Shown: in pieces, positions 61,853 through 64,000 of the stretch | How the letters are laid out: every line of letters starts with the position of its first letter | Numbering within the stretch: the first letter of the stretch is position 1 | Source of the DNA: an uncultured Thermoanaerobaculia bacterium | GTDB lineage: Bacteria; Acidobacteriota; Thermoanaerobaculia; Multivoradales; Multivoraceae | NCBI GenBank assembly: GCA_951812325.1 | Contig: OX638294.1 | Location: 3,198,859-3,262,858 of the forward strand | Length of the DNA: 64,000 nucleotides | Direction: 5' to 3' | Position numbers and translations under genes: made by a program | Notes under the pieces: generated by a model | What the model was told of the DNA's origin: nothing | The model's database searches: none | What the model saw: only the letters and a program-made list of their open reading frames with translations

Positions 61853-62103
61853 CAGCGGTACGATGACCGCCATGCCAGCGCCCGCCCGGCGACCGCCCGG
61901 CGCCCGTCTCGACCGACCACGACACGTCGGGCGACAGCGGTACGATGACCAGCCATGCCAGCGCCCCGGCGACCGTCTCGACCGACTGCGACACGTCGGG
62001 TGACAGCGGTACGATGACCGCCATGCCAGTGCCCGCCCGGAGACCGTCTCGACCGACTGCGGCACGTCGGGTGACAGCGGTACGATGACCCGCCATGCCA
62101 GCG
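61849..62103. repeat. Tandem repeat of ~70 bp (3 full units plus a 4th core) spanning the M1 stop and MT-A70 start
   Basis: Core g(t/c)gacagcggtacgatgacc(n)gccatgccag at 61849, 61931, 62000, 62071; intervening segments also homologous. Confidence 0.92.
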
Positions 62104-62733
62104 CACGAGCACTTGGCGGCGGCCGACTTCGAGCGGACGTACGCGGGTAGCGTCTTCGGCACCGTCCTGGCGGATCCGCCGTGGCAGTTCCTGAACCGCA
62201 CCGGCAAGGTGGCGCCCGAGCACCGCCGCCTGAGCCGCTACGCGACCCTTTCGCAGACCGAGATTGAAGCAATCCCGGTCGCCGCGGCCTGCGCCGAGGC
62301 CGCCCACCTCTACCTCTGGGTACCCAATGCCCTCGTCCAGGAGGGCCTGGACGTGATGAAGCGCTGGGGTTTCACCTACAAGACGAACCTGGTCTGGCAC
62401 AAGGTGCGCAAGGACGGCGGCCCCGACGGTCGGGGAGTCGGCTTCTACTTCCGCAACACGACCGAACTCGTCCTGTTCGGCGTCCGCGGAAAGCTCCGCA
62501 CGCTGGCGCCGGGCCGGCGGCAGGTGAACATCATCCGCTCGCGCAAGCGGGAACACTCGCGCAAACCGGACGAACTGTACGAGATCATCGAAGCGTGCAG
62601 CCCCGGCCCCTACCTGGAGTTGTTCGCCCGCGGCCGCCACTCCGAACTCTGGACCGCCTGGGGCGACCAGAGCGACGGCTACGAGCCGGATTGGCCCACC
62701 TACGCGAACGCCAGCGGCGGCGTGGACCGCTAA
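62095..62733 (+). CDS. MT-A70 family adenine methyltransferase
   Basis: LADPPWQF, HLYLWVPNAL, WGFTYKTNLVWHK, GVGFYFRN, EHSRKP, YLELFAR. Confidence 0.92.
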   Translation: MPAHEHLAAADFERTYAGSVFGTVLADPPWQFLNRTGKVAPEHRRLSRYATLSQTEIEAIPVAAACAEAAHLYLWVPNALVQEGLDVMKRWGFTYKTNLVWHKVRKDGGPDGRGVGFYFRNTTELVLFGVRGKLRTLAPGRRQVNIIRSRKREHSRKPDELYEIIEACSPGPYLELFARGRHSELWTAWGDQSDGYEPDWPTYANASGGVDR

Positions 62734-62931
62734 CGGGCGGTGGTCTGGCTCGGCGCCCGCCGCCCGGCTCGAAGGCGCCGCCCCGCCGGCGTGTACCGCT
62801 AACGGGCGGTGGTCTGGCTCGGCGCCCGCAGCCCGGCTTTGAAGGCGCCGCCCCGCCGGCGTGTACCGCTAACGGGCGGTGGTCTGGCTCGGCGCCCGCC
62901 GCCCGGCTTGAAGGCGCCGTCCCGCCGGCGT
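62718..62931. repeat. Three tandem 69-70-bp copies spanning the MT-A70 stop and the fic 3' end
   Basis: accgctaacgggcggtggtctggctcggcgcccgc recurs, with taa at 62731, 62800, 62870. Confidence 0.93.
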
Positions 62932-63921
62932 CAGGCGATAGCGCTGGTCCTTCGCCCTCGGCGCCTCCGGTCGCGTCATCTCGATCAGGCCTGCTTGCAG
63001 GGCGGGTCCAAGGTATCCCTGACGCAGCCATTTTCGGTCGCGCAGGCCCAGTGCATCGAGCATCTCGCGCCTGGACATCTCTCCGTTCACTAGCTCCAGG
63101 AGCCGCTCTACTTGGGGGGGCACTTGCGGGGTTTCATGGGGGGTTACTTGGGGGGTTTCATGGGGGGTAGCCTGTCGCACCGCAGCGAGGATTGCGTCCA
63201 GCATGAAACGGATGAACGGTGTGCTCCCGCCTTGCCTGGAACTCTCTTCGATGGCCGTGTAGTACTCGGGCTGGCAAGCCTGCACGACGCTCTCCACCGG
63301 CACGTGGGCGAACATCGGCTTCCAGCGGCTGAGGATCAGGGTCTGCCACAGCCGGCCGAGGCGGCCGTTGCCGTCCTCGAAGGGATGAATGAACTCGAAC
63401 TCGTAGTGAAACACGGAGCTCGCGATCAGCGGGTGCTCCTCGGCGCCCCGCAGCCGGCTCAGGAGGTCCGCCATCAGCCCCGGCACGCGGTCTGCCGGCG
63501 GACCGATGTGGTGTACGCCGTCAGGGCCGATCACGCCCACGGCGGTGGTGCGGTATCGACCGGGTGTTGCGGCCAGTCCGGTCATCAGCGCTCGGTGAGC
63601 CCCGAGCAGGTCGTCCTCGCTCGCCGGCGTCCAATCCCCGGCCAGGTCGTAGGCCGCGTTCGCGTTGCGCACCTCCTGCACGTCCTTCGGCGGCCCTGCG
63701 ACCCGCTTGCCGTCAAGAATCGCCGACACCTGCTCCTCGGACAGCACGTTGCCCTCGATGGCCACGGAACCGTGAACCGTACGAACGCGGGCTTCCCGCC
63801 GCAGTTGCAGGTCCAGCCCCAGGCCGGCTGCTTCGGCCCGCCCGATCGCCTCACCGATCTGCTCCACCAGGAACAGGATCCCGGGCGTGATCGTGTAGGG
63901 CGGCGCCGCGGCAGCGGTCAT
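62869..63921 (-). CDS. Fic family protein with C-terminal HTH
   Basis: SVAIEGN, IHPFEDGNGRLGR, TPQV linker repeats, C-terminal KDQRYRLT. Confidence 0.92.
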   Translation of the reverse strand: MTAAAAPPYTITPGILFLVEQIGEAIGRAEAAGLGLDLQLRREARVRTVHGSVAIEGNVLSEEQVSAILDGKRVAGPPKDVQEVRNANAAYDLAGDWTPASEDDLLGAHRALMTGLAATPGRYRTTAVGVIGPDGVHHIGPPADRVPGLMADLLSRLRGAEEHPLIASSVFHYEFEFIHPFEDGNGRLGRLWQTLILSRWKPMFAHVPVESVVQACQPEYYTAIEESSRQGGSTPFIRFMLDAILAAVRQATPHETPQVTPHETPQVPPQVERLLELVNGEMSRREMLDALGLRDRKWLRQGYLGPALQAGLIEMTRPEAPRAKDQRYRLTPAGRRLQAGRRAPSQTTAR

Positions 63922-64000
63922 GCCAACACTCTTGCACAGCCTGTTCCGCGGAGGTCCAGGCGCCTTCGGGGTCCTCCGCCACGGTACGATGGGGCCACCC

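Noticed and set aside
63110-63170. Short tandem repeats inside fic (TPHETPQV)
   Set aside because: A TPQV-type linker is a normal feature of this Fic-HTH subfamily

Overview
A very GC-rich bacterial chromosome segment. The gene repertoire (PEGA/PDZ and NHL proteins, a carboxypeptidase-regulatory-domain TonB-dependent receptor, a SpoIIE/HAMP phosphatase) suggests Acidobacteriota; this is inference only. The core backbone includes korA (truncated at the left edge), xerD, clpB with a cbpA-type dnaJ, ferredoxin, thiO, a TRAP transporter, recA, murB, ybdK, ggt, ligD, ku, infC, frmA and several peptidases. Accessory material is interspersed. (i) A defence-type island at ~7.3-13.7 kb carries an orphan DinJ, a DNA-MTase remnant, Vsr, and a coupled C5-MTase / MORC-type GHKL-histidine-kinase fusion / receiver operon that appears truncated and has no restriction nuclease. 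(ii) A translationally coupled three-gene cassette ends in a metallo-beta-lactamase-fold hydrolase (30.9-33.3 kb). (iii) A Phd-VapC TA pair, an orphan MT-A70 methyltransferase and a Fic gene are also present. The most unusual signals are a single 1324-aa ORF fusing an inner-membrane MFS transporter to an outer-membrane beta-barrel receptor via an internal signal-peptide-like segment, the uncharacterised three-gene MBL cassette, and recurrent 69-88-bp tandem duplications sitting on gene junctions, three of the four next to accessory genes. No rRNA, tRNA, CRISPR array or transposase was recognised. Product calls come from motif recognition by eye; no database searches were run.
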